This document shows positions 48,399-58,949 of a stretch of 64,000 nt of DNA, piece after piece. Each line of letters starts with the position of its first letter. Positions within the stretch are counted from its first letter, which is position 1. The position numbers and the translations under genes are program-made. Below the pieces are notes generated by a model. That model was not told where the DNA came from. It searched no databases and saw only the letters and a list, made by a program, of their open reading frames with translations. Location of the stretch: assembly GCA_963668695.2 (NCBI GenBank), contig CAXXLQ010000004.1, positions 960,001 through 1,024,000 of the forward strand. Reading direction: 5' to 3'. Source of the stretch: Vicinamibacteria bacterium. Its GTDB lineage: Bacteria; Acidobacteriota; Vicinamibacteria; Marinacidobacterales; Marinacidobacteraceae.

Positions 48399-48728
48399 TC
48401 AGCCGATCAGCGCGTTAAGGCGGGCGGCCAGATTCGCCTTCGACTGGACGCCGACGATCTGGCCCACCACTTCGCCCTTCTGGAAGAAAAGCAGGGTCGG
48501 GATGGAGCGGACCCGGAATTTTTCGGCGATCCGGGGCTGGTCATCCACGTTCACCTTGCCGATCACCGCCCGGCCGTCAAAGTCGTCGGCCAGTTCCGAG
48601 ATCGCCGGGGCGATCGTCCGACAGGGGCCGCACCATTCGGCCCAGAAATCCACGAGGCTCGGCTGGTCACCGCCGACCGTCGCATCGAAATTGTCGCTCG
48701 TCAGTTCCAGCGCCTTACCATCAGCCAT
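48399..48728 (-). CDS. trxA: Thioredoxin
   Basis: VDFWAEWCGPC...SIPTL. Confidence 0.95.
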   Translation of the reverse strand: MADGKALELTSDNFDATVGGDQPSLVDFWAEWCGPCRTIAPAISELADDFDGRAVIGKVNVDDQPRIAEKFRVRSIPTLLFFQKGEVVGQIVGVQSKANLAARLNALIG

Positions 48729-48834
48729 ACTCAGCACTACTCCCGGGGATGGGCCCGCCACCGGTGGCGGTCAATCAGAGAATTCAAGTTCATTTTAGCC
48801 GGTGGCGTTACGCAATACTTAGGGAGTAGGCGTT

Positions 48835-49761
48835 ATGTCGCATCAACACCATCACGACGCGCTGGCCCCTGCGCGCGGTGGGAAATTGCCTTCGCGGTGG
48901 GCGCTGGGCGCCGCCCTTGTCTGCACGCTGACGATCGCGGCCGCGGAGTTTGTAGGAGGGATGCTCGCCAACAGCCTCGCCCTCCAGGGCGACGCGGGAC
49001 ACATGCTGAGCGACAGTGCCGCGCTCGGCGTGTCCCTCCTGGCCGCCTGGCTCGCGACCCGCCCGATGACGGCGCGCCGCACGTTCGGATTTCACCGCGC
49101 CGAGGTGCTCGCGGCGCTCCTCAACTCGCTGTTCCTGCTGGGGATTGCGGGTTGGGTGGGGACCCGCGCCATTGCCCGCCTGGGTGATCCGCTCGAAGTT
49201 TCCGCGCTACCGGTCCTGATCATCGCCATTATCGGCCTGATCGTGAATCTCGTGGCCCTCAAGGTCCTGGGCCACCACCAGCACAGCAACCTGAACATCC
49301 GGGGCGCCTTCCTGCACGTACTCGGCGACACCCTCGGTTCCGCGGGCGTCATCATCTCGGCCCTCGTCATCCAGTTCACGGGCTGGAACACGGTGGACGC
49401 ACTCGTCTCCCTTGGAATCGCCGGTCTGCTGGTGCTCTCGGGGGTCCGGCTGCTGCGTGACAGCGTCGCGGTGCTGATGCTCACGACCCCCGAGGGCGTG
49501 GACGGGGAGGCGGTACGCTCCGGTCTGCTCTCCCTTCCCGGCATCCGTGGGATCCACGACCTCCACATCTGGACGGTGAACAGCGGTTTCGTCTCGCTCT
49601 CCTGCCACGCCGACATCGAGCCGAACACGCCCCCGGACACCATCCTCAAGAGCGCGACCGCACTGCTGCGGGAACGCTTCGGCATCCGTCACGTGACGAT
49701 CCAGCCGGAGATCACCCGGGCTCATGGGGACGCGGATTCGTGCCAGATTCTCGCGACCTGA
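48835..49761 (+). CDS. Cation diffusion facilitator (CzcD/ZitB-like)
   Basis: His-rich N-terminus, SLALQGDAGHMLSD, NIRGAFLHVLGD, HDLHIW. Confidence 0.92.
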   Translation: MSHQHHHDALAPARGGKLPSRWALGAALVCTLTIAAAEFVGGMLANSLALQGDAGHMLSDSAALGVSLLAAWLATRPMTARRTFGFHRAEVLAALLNSLFLLGIAGWVGTRAIARLGDPLEVSALPVLIIAIIGLIVNLVALKVLGHHQHSNLNIRGAFLHVLGDTLGSAGVIISALVIQFTGWNTVDALVSLGIAGLLVLSGVRLLRDSVAVLMLTTPEGVDGEAVRSGLLSLPGIRGIHDLHIWTVNSGFVSLSCHADIEPNTPPDTILKSATALLRERFGIRHVTIQPEITRAHGDADSCQILAT

Positions 49762-52265
49762 GGAAGACCGTTTCTCTCGCTGGCGCCGCGCTGGCGCTGA
49801 TCTGGATCGGGATCCCCGCGGAGGCGGGGCAGATGAGTCCCCTCCGCTACCCGCCGGTGGCGGGCGGCCAGATCCGAGTGGAGAACTACCTGGTTCCCCG
49901 GGTCACTTCGTGGCCCGCATACCCCTCCTGGTCTCCCGACGGGAGTGAGATCGCATTTGCGCTCGACGGGCGCCTCTGGGCGGTTCCGGCGGCCGGCGGA
50001 GAGGCCCGCCAACTCACCGGGGGTCCGCAGGATCCGGATCCGGCCTACGACTTCGAGCCGGATTGGTCGCCGGACGGACGGTTCGTGGTGTTCTCGCGCG
50101 ACGTTGAGGGAAATCTCGACATCTACCGGGTGGAAAGCGGCGGAGGGACTCCCGAACGTCTCACCGAGCACCCCGCCATGGACTTCCATCCGCGGGCCGC
50201 GGCGGGCGGTCGCGTCGTGTATTCATCGGCGCAGTCCGGCAGCTTCGACATCCGGGAGGTCGGCGCCGACGGTTCGGACGTGCTGGTCTGGGGCGGTGAT
50301 TCCAACGAGATTCAGCCGGACCCCGGCCCAAACTTTGGAACAGGCCCGGACCTTGGAGAATTGCCGGGAGGGTTCCTGGTCGCAGTTTCCAACCGGTCGG
50401 ACCATCCCGGGACCGGCGGGATCTTTCGTATCGAGGGGCCAGGCGACCACCAGGAGCTCCACGTCGAGGAGACCACCTTCCGGACTCGTCCCGCGGTATC
50501 TCCGGACGGGAGCCTGATCGCCTTCGCGTCCGACATCCGAGGCAGCTACGACCTCTTCCTGCTTCCCGCGGCCGGAGGGTTGCCGTTCCGGCTTACCCGT
50601 GACGAAGACTGGGACGAGAAAGATCCCGCGTGGTCGCCGGACGGAAACGAGATCGTCTTCACCACGAATCGGGACGGGCGTCCGGCGCTCGAGGTGATCG
50701 GCGTTCACGGCGGGGCCGCGCGCCCGCTCGCGGTCACCGGCCTGAGACGCGCGGGTGCCGCCTGGGGGCGCCTGCGGGTCCGGCTGAGCGAAGCGGCGCG
50801 GGCGACCGTCCTGGGAGCGGACGGAAGAAGCCACGCTCCGCGCGGCGCCTTCCGCCGCATCGTCTCCTATACCGAGACCCACTATTTCCACGCGGCCCGG
50901 GAGTTCACGTTGGAACTTCCGCCGGGTCAGGCCACGGTTCGGCTCAAACGCGGCGTGGAGTTCCGGCCGTGGGAACGTGAGGTCGCGATCCGCTCCGGCG
51001 AGGAGACTCGCATCGAGGCGGAGTTCGAACGATTCACCGACCTCCGGGAAAGGAACTGGGTGTCCGGCGACACCCACGTCCATGACCTTCACGCCGGCGA
51101 CCTGCGAATCACCCCCGACGACCTCGTGGCTCAGGCGGATGCCGAGGCGCTCGAAGTGGTCCACGCGCTCATCCACGTGGACGGTTCGCGGACCATGGGT
51201 GATCCGGCCCGTTTCGTCGCCGGCCGGCACCCGGCATCCACCGACCGTGTCTTCCTTCGCTACGGCCAGGAATACCGGATGCCCTTCGGCCACCGGACCT
51301 TCCTGAACCCCGAGACCCTGTTCTTCCCGCTCGCCACCGGCGTTCGGGGCACGGCGCGCGAGGCGCCCTTCCCGCCGCTCTACGAGTACATCCGGCGCCT
51401 CAAGGCCGAACAGGGAGACCAGGTAGTCGTGGGGATGCCCCATCCCTACTTCGCCTATCTCGCGGAGGGGGTGCCCTTCACCGGCGCCTCACCCTCCGAG
51501 ATCCCGCTCGACGCGGCGCTCGGGGTCGTCGACTTCTTCGACATCAACTGCATTCCGAGTTCCGAAACCGGATCGGCCGCGATCTATGCCCGGCTTCTGA
51601 ATGCCGGCTTCCGGCTCGCCGCCGCGGGAGGCTCGGACACCTTTTCCGACACCTCCCGCGATCCGCCCCTCGGAACCGGCCGAACCTATGTGCATCTTCC
51701 TGAAGGCGCCGGCCCGGAGGCCTGGGCCCTCGGGCTCCGGACCGCCCGGAGCTTTTCCACGAACGGCCCGCTGCTTGAACTGGACGTGGACGGCCACGGA
51801 ATGGGGGGACAGATCGAGCGGAGCGGCCCCGCCACCCTCACGGTGCGGGCGCGAGCGGTTTCGGCGGTCCCCATGGAGCGGCTCTCGGTGCTCGTGAACG
51901 GTTCGGTCTGGCGCGAGGCGGCCGGGGACCTAGCGGCCGATGCGGTGGCCGGCTCCCCCTTCGAGCTGGAGGTCGCCGGAGAACTCGAACTCGGAGACAG
52001 CGCCTGGATCGCGGTCCGCGCCGAGGGCCCGCGGTCGGTCTGGACGACCGACAGTTCCCTCTTCGCCCACTCCTCGCCGGTATACGTGCTCCTCGATGGC
52101 CGCGAGATCGTCGTTGAGTCCGATCGGCTCTACATGGAACAAATGATCGAAGACTTCGGCGCGGCCATGGCGCGCCGCGACGACTGGCTGAACGACGCGC
52201 AAAAGGAACTCGTCCTCGCCGGCGTCGAAGAGGCGCTCATTCAGATCCACGCCAAACGACGCTGA
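49740..52265 (+). CDS. TolB/PD40-repeat plus CehA/McbA-family PHP metallohydrolase
   Basis: P.WSPDG repeats; SGDTHVH, GQEYR..FGH, GGSDT, GRTYV, FSTNGPLL, AHSSPVYV. Confidence 0.82.
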   Translation: MPDSRDLRKTVSLAGAALALIWIGIPAEAGQMSPLRYPPVAGGQIRVENYLVPRVTSWPAYPSWSPDGSEIAFALDGRLWAVPAAGGEARQLTGGPQDPDPAYDFEPDWSPDGRFVVFSRDVEGNLDIYRVESGGGTPERLTEHPAMDFHPRAAAGGRVVYSSAQSGSFDIREVGADGSDVLVWGGDSNEIQPDPGPNFGTGPDLGELPGGFLVAVSNRSDHPGTGGIFRIEGPGDHQELHVEETTFRTRPAVSPDGSLIAFASDIRGSYDLFLLPAAGGLPFRLTRDEDWDEKDPAWSPDGNEIVFTTNRDGRPALEVIGVHGGAARPLAVTGLRRAGAAWGRLRVRLSEAARATVLGADGRSHAPRGAFRRIVSYTETHYFHAAREFTLELPPGQATVRLKRGVEFRPWEREVAIRSGEETRIEAEFERFTDLRERNWVSGDTHVHDLHAGDLRITPDDLVAQADAEALEVVHALIHVDGSRTMGDPARFVAGRHPASTDRVFLRYGQEYRMPFGHRTFLNPETLFFPLATGVRGTAREAPFPPLYEYIRRLKAEQGDQVVVGMPHPYFAYLAEGVPFTGASPSEIPLDAALGVVDFFDINCIPSSETGSAAIYARLLNAGFRLAAAGGSDTFSDTSRDPPLGTGRTYVHLPEGAGPEAWALGLRTARSFSTNGPLLELDVDGHGMGGQIERSGPATLTVRARAVSAVPMERLSVLVNGSVWREAAGDLAADAVAGSPFELEVAGELELGDSAWIAVRAEGPRSVWTTDSSLFAHSSPVYVLLDGREIVVESDRLYMEQMIEDFGAAMARRDDWLNDAQKELVLAGVEEALIQIHAKRR

Positions 52266-52288
52266 TCGCTTGTCGGGAGAACATCCGG

Positions 52289-52782
52289 TTAGTCGTCGCC
52301 TCGAATCAGCGACCTCGCTGCACGGAGGATGCCGGCCCCCACGCCGAACCCCGCCAAGCCCACCGCTGCGGTCTTCATGACTTCTCCCGCCAATGCTCTC
52401 TGGTTTTCGTCGCCGAAGAACATCAACCCGCAGATGAAAAGGACGAGAAGTGAGACGAGCGCCAAGACAGTCCAGATGACCCGACGACCGAATTCGAAAC
52501 GCCGGCGTCGGTCGTCGTGCTGCAGTTCAAGTCCCTGTTTGTGGAGTCGTACTGCCGCCTATCCTGTGCATCTACCACTTCGAGCGTCTTTTCCTGGAAT
52601 GCGATCCGTCTGGTTTCGCGATCGTGCCGCAACCGCTCCACTTCGAGCAGTCGTTCCATTACCTGCGCGGCGCGAACGGCAACATTCTCCTCGGTGCCGG
52701 CCGGCACCGCCGCGCCCGAATCTGCAGGCAGCAGCGCAGCGTCCTTGTCCGGCACCGAAAGCCTGTTCTCCGAAGCCCTCAC
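52289..52782 (-). pseudogene. Hypothetical two-TM membrane protein, frameshifted near 52545
   Basis: GTG start overlapping the upstream TGA; ...DAQDRRQYD continues in another frame as HKQGLELQHDDRRRRFEFGRRVIWTVLALVSLLVLFICG...GFGVGAGILRAARSLIRGDD*. Confidence 0.55.
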
Positions 52783-53072
52783 AGATCCTTGTAGCGGACC
52801 GCAGTGCCTCCGTGCGGGTCCGACAAACCCGTGTCCAAGAACAGATCGATGGGGAACGAACGCACGACGTACCCCCCGTACGGGGATTCCACGACCCGGG
52901 TCACGAAGCCTTCCCACGCCGGGTCGGCCCGGCGCCGGAGAGCCTCCGCACGCGCCGCCGCCCATGAGGGGAAAAGGAATGCTCCCGGCGACTCTTCCTT
53001 CTGGCCAGCCCGAACGGGGCCGGCAGGCTTGGCGCTGGCGGAAGTCGCTCTTCCTTGTTCAACAAACGGCAT
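52779..53072 (-). CDS. Small hypothetical protein (start uncertain)
   Basis: ORF ending ...WEGFVTRVVESPYGGYVVRSFPIDLFLD...YKDL, coupled to the downstream membrane ORF. Confidence 0.4.
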   Translation of the reverse strand: MPFVEQGRATSASAKPAGPVRAGQKEESPGAFLFPSWAAARAEALRRRADPAWEGFVTRVVESPYGGYVVRSFPIDLFLDTGLSDPHGGTAVRYKDL

Positions 53073-53142
53073 ACAGATCTCCAAGGGGGAGGGCAAAAGA
53101 CCTACCACAACGCCGCCAGCGCCGTCGGCCTGGATCGCTTGC

Positions 53143-54528
53143 ATGGTCGCCGACGTAGCCGTCGTGGGCGGCGGCCCCGCCGGGGCGCTCGCGGCCCGCC
53201 AACTCGCCGTCTTCGGTCTGGACGTGCTGCTCGTCCACCAGGCGCGGCGTAACCGCCAGCATCTCGGGGAGAGCCTGTCCGCCTCCGCGCCACGCCTCCT
53301 CGCGTCCTACGGCCTCGAGCTGCCGGAGTCGGTGTACGCGCCCCGCCCGAGCGACCATTTCGTTCGTTGGGGCGGACGGGAAGAGCGGATCCCGGTCCAG
53401 CCGAAACCGGGCACCGGCGAAGGCCAGCGGCTCGTCCGGCGTGACCGGCTCGACGACTGGGCGCTGGGCGAGGCGCGCCGGGCGGGAGCCCGGATTGTCG
53501 AGGGCTCCGCCGCACCGGACACGAACGACGAGACCGCCGCGCTGGTTGTCCGGCGGCCGGGGGAAAGCGAACTACGGATCGCCGCGCGCGTCCTCGTGGA
53601 CGCCTCCGGCCGAAGCGGCGTGCTCACGCGGCGCGAACGCGTTTGGCCCGACTACCGGACGACGGCGCTCACCGCGCACTTCGCGCCCGGGAACCGGGCA
53701 GGCACGCTGGTCGAGGCGTTTCCGGAGGGCTGGGTGTGGAGCGCTCCCGTCGTCGGTGGACGGCGGGACGTCACGGTGATGCTGGATCGAGACGACGCCA
53801 CCGCGAATCCGGAAGACCGGTTCCGCGAAGCGTTCCGCAACGTGGACCTCGAAGGCTTCGTCAGCGGGGACCGTCTCACCCCGGTGCGGGCGGCGGACGT
53901 GACGCCGTACCGGCTGCGCTCTGCCGCATACGCCGATGGACCGACGCTGATCGCGGTCGGCGACGCGGCGAGCGCACTCGATCCCCTCTCCGGGCTCGGG
54001 ACCATGAAGGCCATGGATTCCGGACTCACCGGCGCCGTCGTCCTGCGTACGGCGCTCGAAAGGCCGCCGGACGGCCCGCTCGCCCTGGTATTCCACAGCG
54101 CGAAGGAAACAGGGCTCGCTGCCGAGGCGGGAGACCGGATCGCCGGCTTCCATGCGGAGGAAGAACGATTCGCGGAGCGGAAATTCTGGCGCCGGCGCTC
54201 CCAAAAGACGCCGGTCGCGCCACCTCGGAAGCGACTCCCGGAGGACGGCCGACTCACTCCGGCGACGGGGTCCCGGGTCGAAACGCAGGGTGTTCTGCAG
54301 GGCGACTGGATCGTGCCCGCCGAAGCGGTGGTCCGCCCGAGTCGTTTCCGGCCGGGACACAAGGTCGCGGGCATAGCGCTCGCCGAACTGTTCCGGACTG
54401 CCTCCGCACTGGGCGGGATCCGCCGGACGCTCGAAGCGTTCCCGGCCCCGGAGCCGGCAGTGCGAGCCGCACTCGCCTGGCTCGTTGCGGAGGGATTCCT
54501 GATCGTCAGCGATCCGAAACCGGCGTAG
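53143..54528 (+). CDS. qhpG: Flavin-dependent monooxygenase, QhpG-like (CTQ biogenesis)
   Basis: DVAVVGGGPAG, HLGESL, VDASGR, GWVW, VGDAASALDPLSGLG; lies next to the qhp cluster. Confidence 0.75.
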   Translation: MVADVAVVGGGPAGALAARQLAVFGLDVLLVHQARRNRQHLGESLSASAPRLLASYGLELPESVYAPRPSDHFVRWGGREERIPVQPKPGTGEGQRLVRRDRLDDWALGEARRAGARIVEGSAAPDTNDETAALVVRRPGESELRIAARVLVDASGRSGVLTRRERVWPDYRTTALTAHFAPGNRAGTLVEAFPEGWVWSAPVVGGRRDVTVMLDRDDATANPEDRFREAFRNVDLEGFVSGDRLTPVRAADVTPYRLRSAAYADGPTLIAVGDAASALDPLSGLGTMKAMDSGLTGAVVLRTALERPPDGPLALVFHSAKETGLAAEAGDRIAGFHAEEERFAERKFWRRRSQKTPVAPPRKRLPEDGRLTPATGSRVETQGVLQGDWIVPAEAVVRPSRFRPGHKVAGIALAELFRTASALGGIRRTLEAFPAPEPAVRAALAWLVAEGFLIVSDPKPA

Positions 54529-54556
54529 GTGTAATCCTCTCCAGGCGGCCGAGAGC

Positions 54557-55798
54557 CTAGGCGGACATGCCGCGCGCCGCGATGGGCCAGACCGCTTCCA
54601 CCAGCCCGCCGCGCACTGCGTACATCCGATCGTAGAGATTCACCACCGGATCGCAGTGGGAAACGATCAACTCCAGCTTGTCCCCGACCTTGTACGTCCG
54701 GCTCGGATCCTCGTAGCGGATCGTCCCGAACTCGTCGGAGCCCGAGCTGTAGCTCATCCCGGTCTCCCCCTTGACGATCGCCCAGGGTCGGTTGATGGTG
54801 CACGCCTTCGCGCCGGCATCGGTCGTCGCGCGGCCCTCGTACTGCGCGTTCAGAACAGTGGCGAGGATCGTCAGCGACGGCTGGAAGTCGGTGTACACCT
54901 CCGGGTCGGTGGCTCCGCCGATCTCCAGATACTGGGCGTCCATGAAGACATAGCTGCCCACCTGCACGTCGGTAAGCCCGGCGGTCTCGTGGTCGATGTT
55001 GTAGGTGCCGGTCCCCCCGCCGCTGAAGATCCCGGTATCGAGCCCCGAAGCGCGCATCCGCTCGCAGGTGTCCGCGGCCGCCGCCAGCCGTCCCAGAGTT
55101 TGCGCCTTCCGCTTGTCGAAACCCTTGACGTGTTGCGAGCCGCCGTCGTAGCAGAGGAGGCCGCGCAGCGTCAGGCCGGGGAGCTGATCCACGAGTTGCG
55201 CGAGCGCAAGCGCCGGCTCACCAGGGGTGATTCCGGTCCGGTGTCCGCCGGGGTCCACGTCCACCGCGACCTCGGCCATGATCCCGGCGGCAACCGCCGC
55301 CTCCGAGAGGGCGCGCGCATTCTCGGCCGTATCGGTCGCCTGGATAAAGCCGCTGCACTGCTTCCGGAGGCCCATCGCCCGGCGAATCTTGAACGGTGTG
55401 ACGTTGCTGGTGGTCAGCAGCAGGCGGTCGATCCCGTGGTCGAAGAGCGCCTGCGCCTCGCTCACCTTCGCAACCGAAATCCCGAGCGCTCCGGCTTCGA
55501 GTTGCATCCGGGCGATCGCCGGGCACTTGTGCGTCTTGGCGTGGGGACGCGGTGCGATGCCGTTCTCACGGGTGGCACGCGCCATGGCGGCGATGTTCGC
55601 CTCCAGCGCATCGAGATCCACGAGCAGTGACGGGGTGTCCAGGTCCCACATCGAAATCCCGAATTCCGGGACTTCGCGGCCAGCGGTGCGGGACTCGATC
55701 TCGGGGCCGGTGAGCCCCTTCACGGCCCGGGGGGCGAAAACCGCAGCGGAGGCGCCGGCGGCGCCCAGAAAACCTCGTCGGGACAGAGCATTCATCAT
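54557..55798 (-). CDS. DSD1/D-threonine-aldolase-family PLP enzyme with Tat signal
   Basis: SRRGFLG Tat motif; DTPSLLVD, RPHAKTHKCP, HRTGI, SGGGTGT, QVGSYVFMD, HCDPVVNL. Confidence 0.88.
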   Translation of the reverse strand: MMNALSRRGFLGAAGASAAVFAPRAVKGLTGPEIESRTAGREVPEFGISMWDLDTPSLLVDLDALEANIAAMARATRENGIAPRPHAKTHKCPAIARMQLEAGALGISVAKVSEAQALFDHGIDRLLLTTSNVTPFKIRRAMGLRKQCSGFIQATDTAENARALSEAAVAAGIMAEVAVDVDPGGHRTGITPGEPALALAQLVDQLPGLTLRGLLCYDGGSQHVKGFDKRKAQTLGRLAAAADTCERMRASGLDTGIFSGGGTGTYNIDHETAGLTDVQVGSYVFMDAQYLEIGGATDPEVYTDFQPSLTILATVLNAQYEGRATTDAGAKACTINRPWAIVKGETGMSYSSGSDEFGTIRYEDPSRTYKVGDKLELIVSHCDPVVNLYDRMYAVRGGLVEAVWPIAARGMSA

Positions 55799-55862
55799 CC
55801 TGTGTTTGTACCACCCCGCCAGTAGCGCGGGCGAGCGGGAACCCATACACTGGCGAACCCTC

Positions 55863-57494
55863 ATGCGAACTGCCGTCGCGATTGCCGCCATTTCGCTCCT
55901 CGGACCGGCCGTGTTCGCTGAGGCGGACGACGGCATCCCGGTCAAAAACCCACTCGTTCAGGCGGCCTGCGGCAGTTGCCATGCGTCCGACGACGCCGGG
56001 CGGATGTCGCGCATTTCCTGGCAGCGGAAGTCGGCCGAAGGCTGGCAGATCACCATCATCCGGATGATCCGCACCGGCAACGTCGACCTCGCCCCGGAAG
56101 ATGCGCGCGAGGTGGTCCGCTACCTGACCGACAACCACGGCCTCGCCCCCGAAGAAGAGCGGCCTTACTTCTACCTGGCCGAGCAGCGTCCCCTTCAGGA
56201 GAGTTTCGGGGAAGACGAGGAGTTGCTCCAGGCCACCTGCTCCCGCTGCCATCTCACGGCCCGCTTCCGTACCCAGCGGCGCGCGGCCGAGGAATGGGAC
56301 CTGTTGAAGGGGATGCACGTGGGGTATTTCCCCGTGATCGAGGGCCAGAGCTTCCGGGGCGAAGACCCGGGAGAACGCTGGGCGGTGGACCGGGTCCTCG
56401 ACCAGCTCAAGGAGAAGTACCCCTTCGAAACACCGGCCTGGCGGACCTACCGCGCCAAGGGACCGGGGCCGGGTATCGCCGGGCGCTGGTTCCTCCGGGG
56501 CTCCGAGCCGGGAAGCGGGCCTTTCGGGGGCATTGTCGAGTTCCGCCCGGATGACGATTCCAAAGGCGACTACGGCTACGAGGCGAACCTGATCCTTGGC
56601 GACGGAACCACGGAACGGCGGCTCGGCGCCGGCGTGCTCTACGGCGGGTTCTCTTTCCGCGGAAGAGGCCAGGGAGACCGTCTCCAGGAACGGCGGGCAG
56701 CTCTGATTCTCTCCGATGACGGCCAGACCCTCACCGGCCGGCTGTTCCGGGGACGTTTCGGAGAGGACGGGCTGGACGTGACGCTCAGCCGCGCGGCGGG
56801 CGGCGTCCAGCTCGCGGCCGCCTGGCCCCCCGCCGGCCGGCACGGAGCGACAACCACCGGGGTCCGCATCATCGGGGCGGGCTTCGGCGAGGAGGCGGCA
56901 GGATCCCTCGATTTCGGGGCGGGGATCACGGTCGAAAACGCCCGGCGGGTTTCCGAGATGGAGCTACTCGTGGACCTTCAGATCGACGCCGGGGCGCCGC
57001 TCGGATATCGCGACGTCTCCGCCGGCGGCATTCGGCTGGTGGACGGTTTCGCCGTCCATGACCGGGTGGACTACATCCGGGTAACCCCCGAGATGGCTCT
57101 TTCCCGGGTCGGTGGCGCGGTGGCGCCCAAACAGTTCGTGCAGTTCGAGGCGAACGGCTGGCACCGGGGGCCGGATAACGAGCGGCTGACCGATGACGAC
57201 GTGGCGCTCGGACCCGTGGAAGTCACCTGGACGACCGAGGAGTACTACATCCGCGACGAGGACGACGATACGCCCTTCGTGGGAAACATCGACGCAGACG
57301 GCCTGTTCACCCCTGGGCTCGACGGCCCGAACCCCAAACGGGAGCTCATGGCCGACAACATGGGAGACGTCTGGGTGGTCGCGGAGCACGAAGATCCGGA
57401 AAACGGTGAAACGCTCCGGGGCCGAGCCCGGCTGGTGGTCGCCCCGCCGGTCTTCCTCTACTGGGACCTGTTCCCGCAAAGGGCCAAGCAATGA
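55863..57494 (+). CDS. qhpA: Quinohemoprotein amine dehydrogenase alpha subunit
   Basis: Signal peptide; hemes CGSCH and CSRCH; SRISWQRKSAEGWQITIIRM, YLTDNHGLAPEE, DGLFTP..DGPNP. Confidence 0.93.
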   Translation: MRTAVAIAAISLLGPAVFAEADDGIPVKNPLVQAACGSCHASDDAGRMSRISWQRKSAEGWQITIIRMIRTGNVDLAPEDAREVVRYLTDNHGLAPEEERPYFYLAEQRPLQESFGEDEELLQATCSRCHLTARFRTQRRAAEEWDLLKGMHVGYFPVIEGQSFRGEDPGERWAVDRVLDQLKEKYPFETPAWRTYRAKGPGPGIAGRWFLRGSEPGSGPFGGIVEFRPDDDSKGDYGYEANLILGDGTTERRLGAGVLYGGFSFRGRGQGDRLQERRAALILSDDGQTLTGRLFRGRFGEDGLDVTLSRAAGGVQLAAAWPPAGRHGATTTGVRIIGAGFGEEAAGSLDFGAGITVENARRVSEMELLVDLQIDAGAPLGYRDVSAGGIRLVDGFAVHDRVDYIRVTPEMALSRVGGAVAPKQFVQFEANGWHRGPDNERLTDDDVALGPVEVTWTTEEYYIRDEDDDTPFVGNIDADGLFTPGLDGPNPKRELMADNMGDVWVVAEHEDPENGETLRGRARLVVAPPVFLYWDLFPQRAKQ

Positions 57495-58936
57495 CCATCA
57501 CCCCACAACCGTCTGAAACTCTCGTCGAGGCGACCCAGATGCACCGCTTCCATGGCGGTGAGCGGAACTACGCCTTCCTCGTCCCTTCCTCGATGATCTT
57601 CGAACTCGATGGGGTCAGCGAACGGTTGCTCGACCGTCTCGCCGGAGGGCCGAAGCCCCCAGGAGCGATCGTCGAATCTCCCGAAGACGAAGCGGCGCTC
57701 CGGGAGCTCGCCGAGGTCGGGGCCGTGGCCCGCCAGGGCACCCCGCTCATTCCACTCGCCGGCCTCCAGGAAGTGGACGAGCCGCCGCCGATCCGCACGG
57801 TGGTGCTGAACATCACGAACTCCTGCAACCTCGCCTGCCGCTACTGCTACGAGTATGGGGAGGACCGCATCGCCCCGGCGGAAGTTCCGGCGGCGATGAC
57901 CGAGAAGGTGGCGCGCCAATCGGTGGACCGGCTGATCGCCGAATCCGGTGAGGCGAAGGATCTTCAGGTCACCTTCTTCGGCGGGGAGACGCTGCTCAAC
58001 TGGCGGGTCATCCGCCCGACGGTCGAGTACGCCCGGGAGCAGACGCAGTTGGCCGGGAAACGGGTGGACTTCAGCCTGACCACGAACGCCACCCTCTTGA
58101 CCCGCGAAATCTCCCAGTGGATCGCCGACAACCGCATCGGAGTCACGATCTCGGTCGACGGAGACAAGCAATTCCAGGACTCCATGCGGGTGTACCGCAG
58201 CGGAATGGGAAGCTACGACGTGATCGCTCCCCGGATCGCCGAGTTCCTGAAGGTCCAGAAGCGGCCGGTCGGCGCCCGGGTGACGGTGACCTCGAAGAAC
58301 CTGGATGTACCCCGGATCTTCGAACATCTGATGGGGCTGGGCTTTTACGAGGTGGGTTTCGCCCCGGTGACCTCCTCTCCCGATCTGGACTACGCGCTGG
58401 GGGCAGAGGGTTTCGACGATTTGCTCGATCAGTTCCGCGGTCTCGCCGACGACTACGTGGAGGCGGCGGTCGAAGGGCGCTACCTCGGTTTTTCGAACCT
58501 CAGCGACCTTCTCGGCGAAATCCACGAGGGCGTCAGCAAGGCGTATCCCTGCGGCGCGGGACTCGGGCTCGTAGGAGTCGCTCCCGGCGGCGAGATCGGC
58601 CTCTGTCACCGCTTCGCCGGTTCCGGCGATCACGACCTCGGCCACGTGGCCACCGGGATCGACAAGGAAAAACGCATCGAACACCTGAAGAAGGCACACA
58701 TCGACGCGCGTACCGACTGCAGCCAGTGCTGGGTGCGCAGTCTGTGCTCGGGCGGCTGCTACCACGAGGCTCAGGTCCGCTACGGCGACCGTTTTCGCCC
58801 CAACCTGCACTATTGTGACTGGATCCGCGACTGGACGGCGCTTGGTCTGTCGGCCTACGGCCGGATCCTCGACCAGAGTCCCCGGTTCCTGAGCCGCTTT
58901 GAGGGAATGCTTCACGTCGCACGGCAAACCCCCTAG
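57491..58936 (+). CDS. qhpD: Radical SAM/SPASM thioether-forming maturase
   Basis: CNLACRYC, FFGGETLLN, YPCGAG, CHRF, CSQCWVRSLCSGGCYHE, HYCDWIR. Confidence 0.93.
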   Translation: MTITPQPSETLVEATQMHRFHGGERNYAFLVPSSMIFELDGVSERLLDRLAGGPKPPGAIVESPEDEAALRELAEVGAVARQGTPLIPLAGLQEVDEPPPIRTVVLNITNSCNLACRYCYEYGEDRIAPAEVPAAMTEKVARQSVDRLIAESGEAKDLQVTFFGGETLLNWRVIRPTVEYAREQTQLAGKRVDFSLTTNATLLTREISQWIADNRIGVTISVDGDKQFQDSMRVYRSGMGSYDVIAPRIAEFLKVQKRPVGARVTVTSKNLDVPRIFEHLMGLGFYEVGFAPVTSSPDLDYALGAEGFDDLLDQFRGLADDYVEAAVEGRYLGFSNLSDLLGEIHEGVSKAYPCGAGLGLVGVAPGGEIGLCHRFAGSGDHDLGHVATGIDKEKRIEHLKKAHIDARTDCSQCWVRSLCSGGCYHEAQVRYGDRFRPNLHYCDWIRDWTALGLSAYGRILDQSPRFLSRFEGMLHVARQTP

Positions 58937-58949
58937 TTAGCAGGCAGCC

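Noticed and set aside
53143-54528. Tryptophan halogenase / halogenated natural-product cluster
   Set aside because: Although it has GxGxxG and a WxW-like motif, its position beside qhpADCBFE fits QhpG, and no NRPS/PKS is present.
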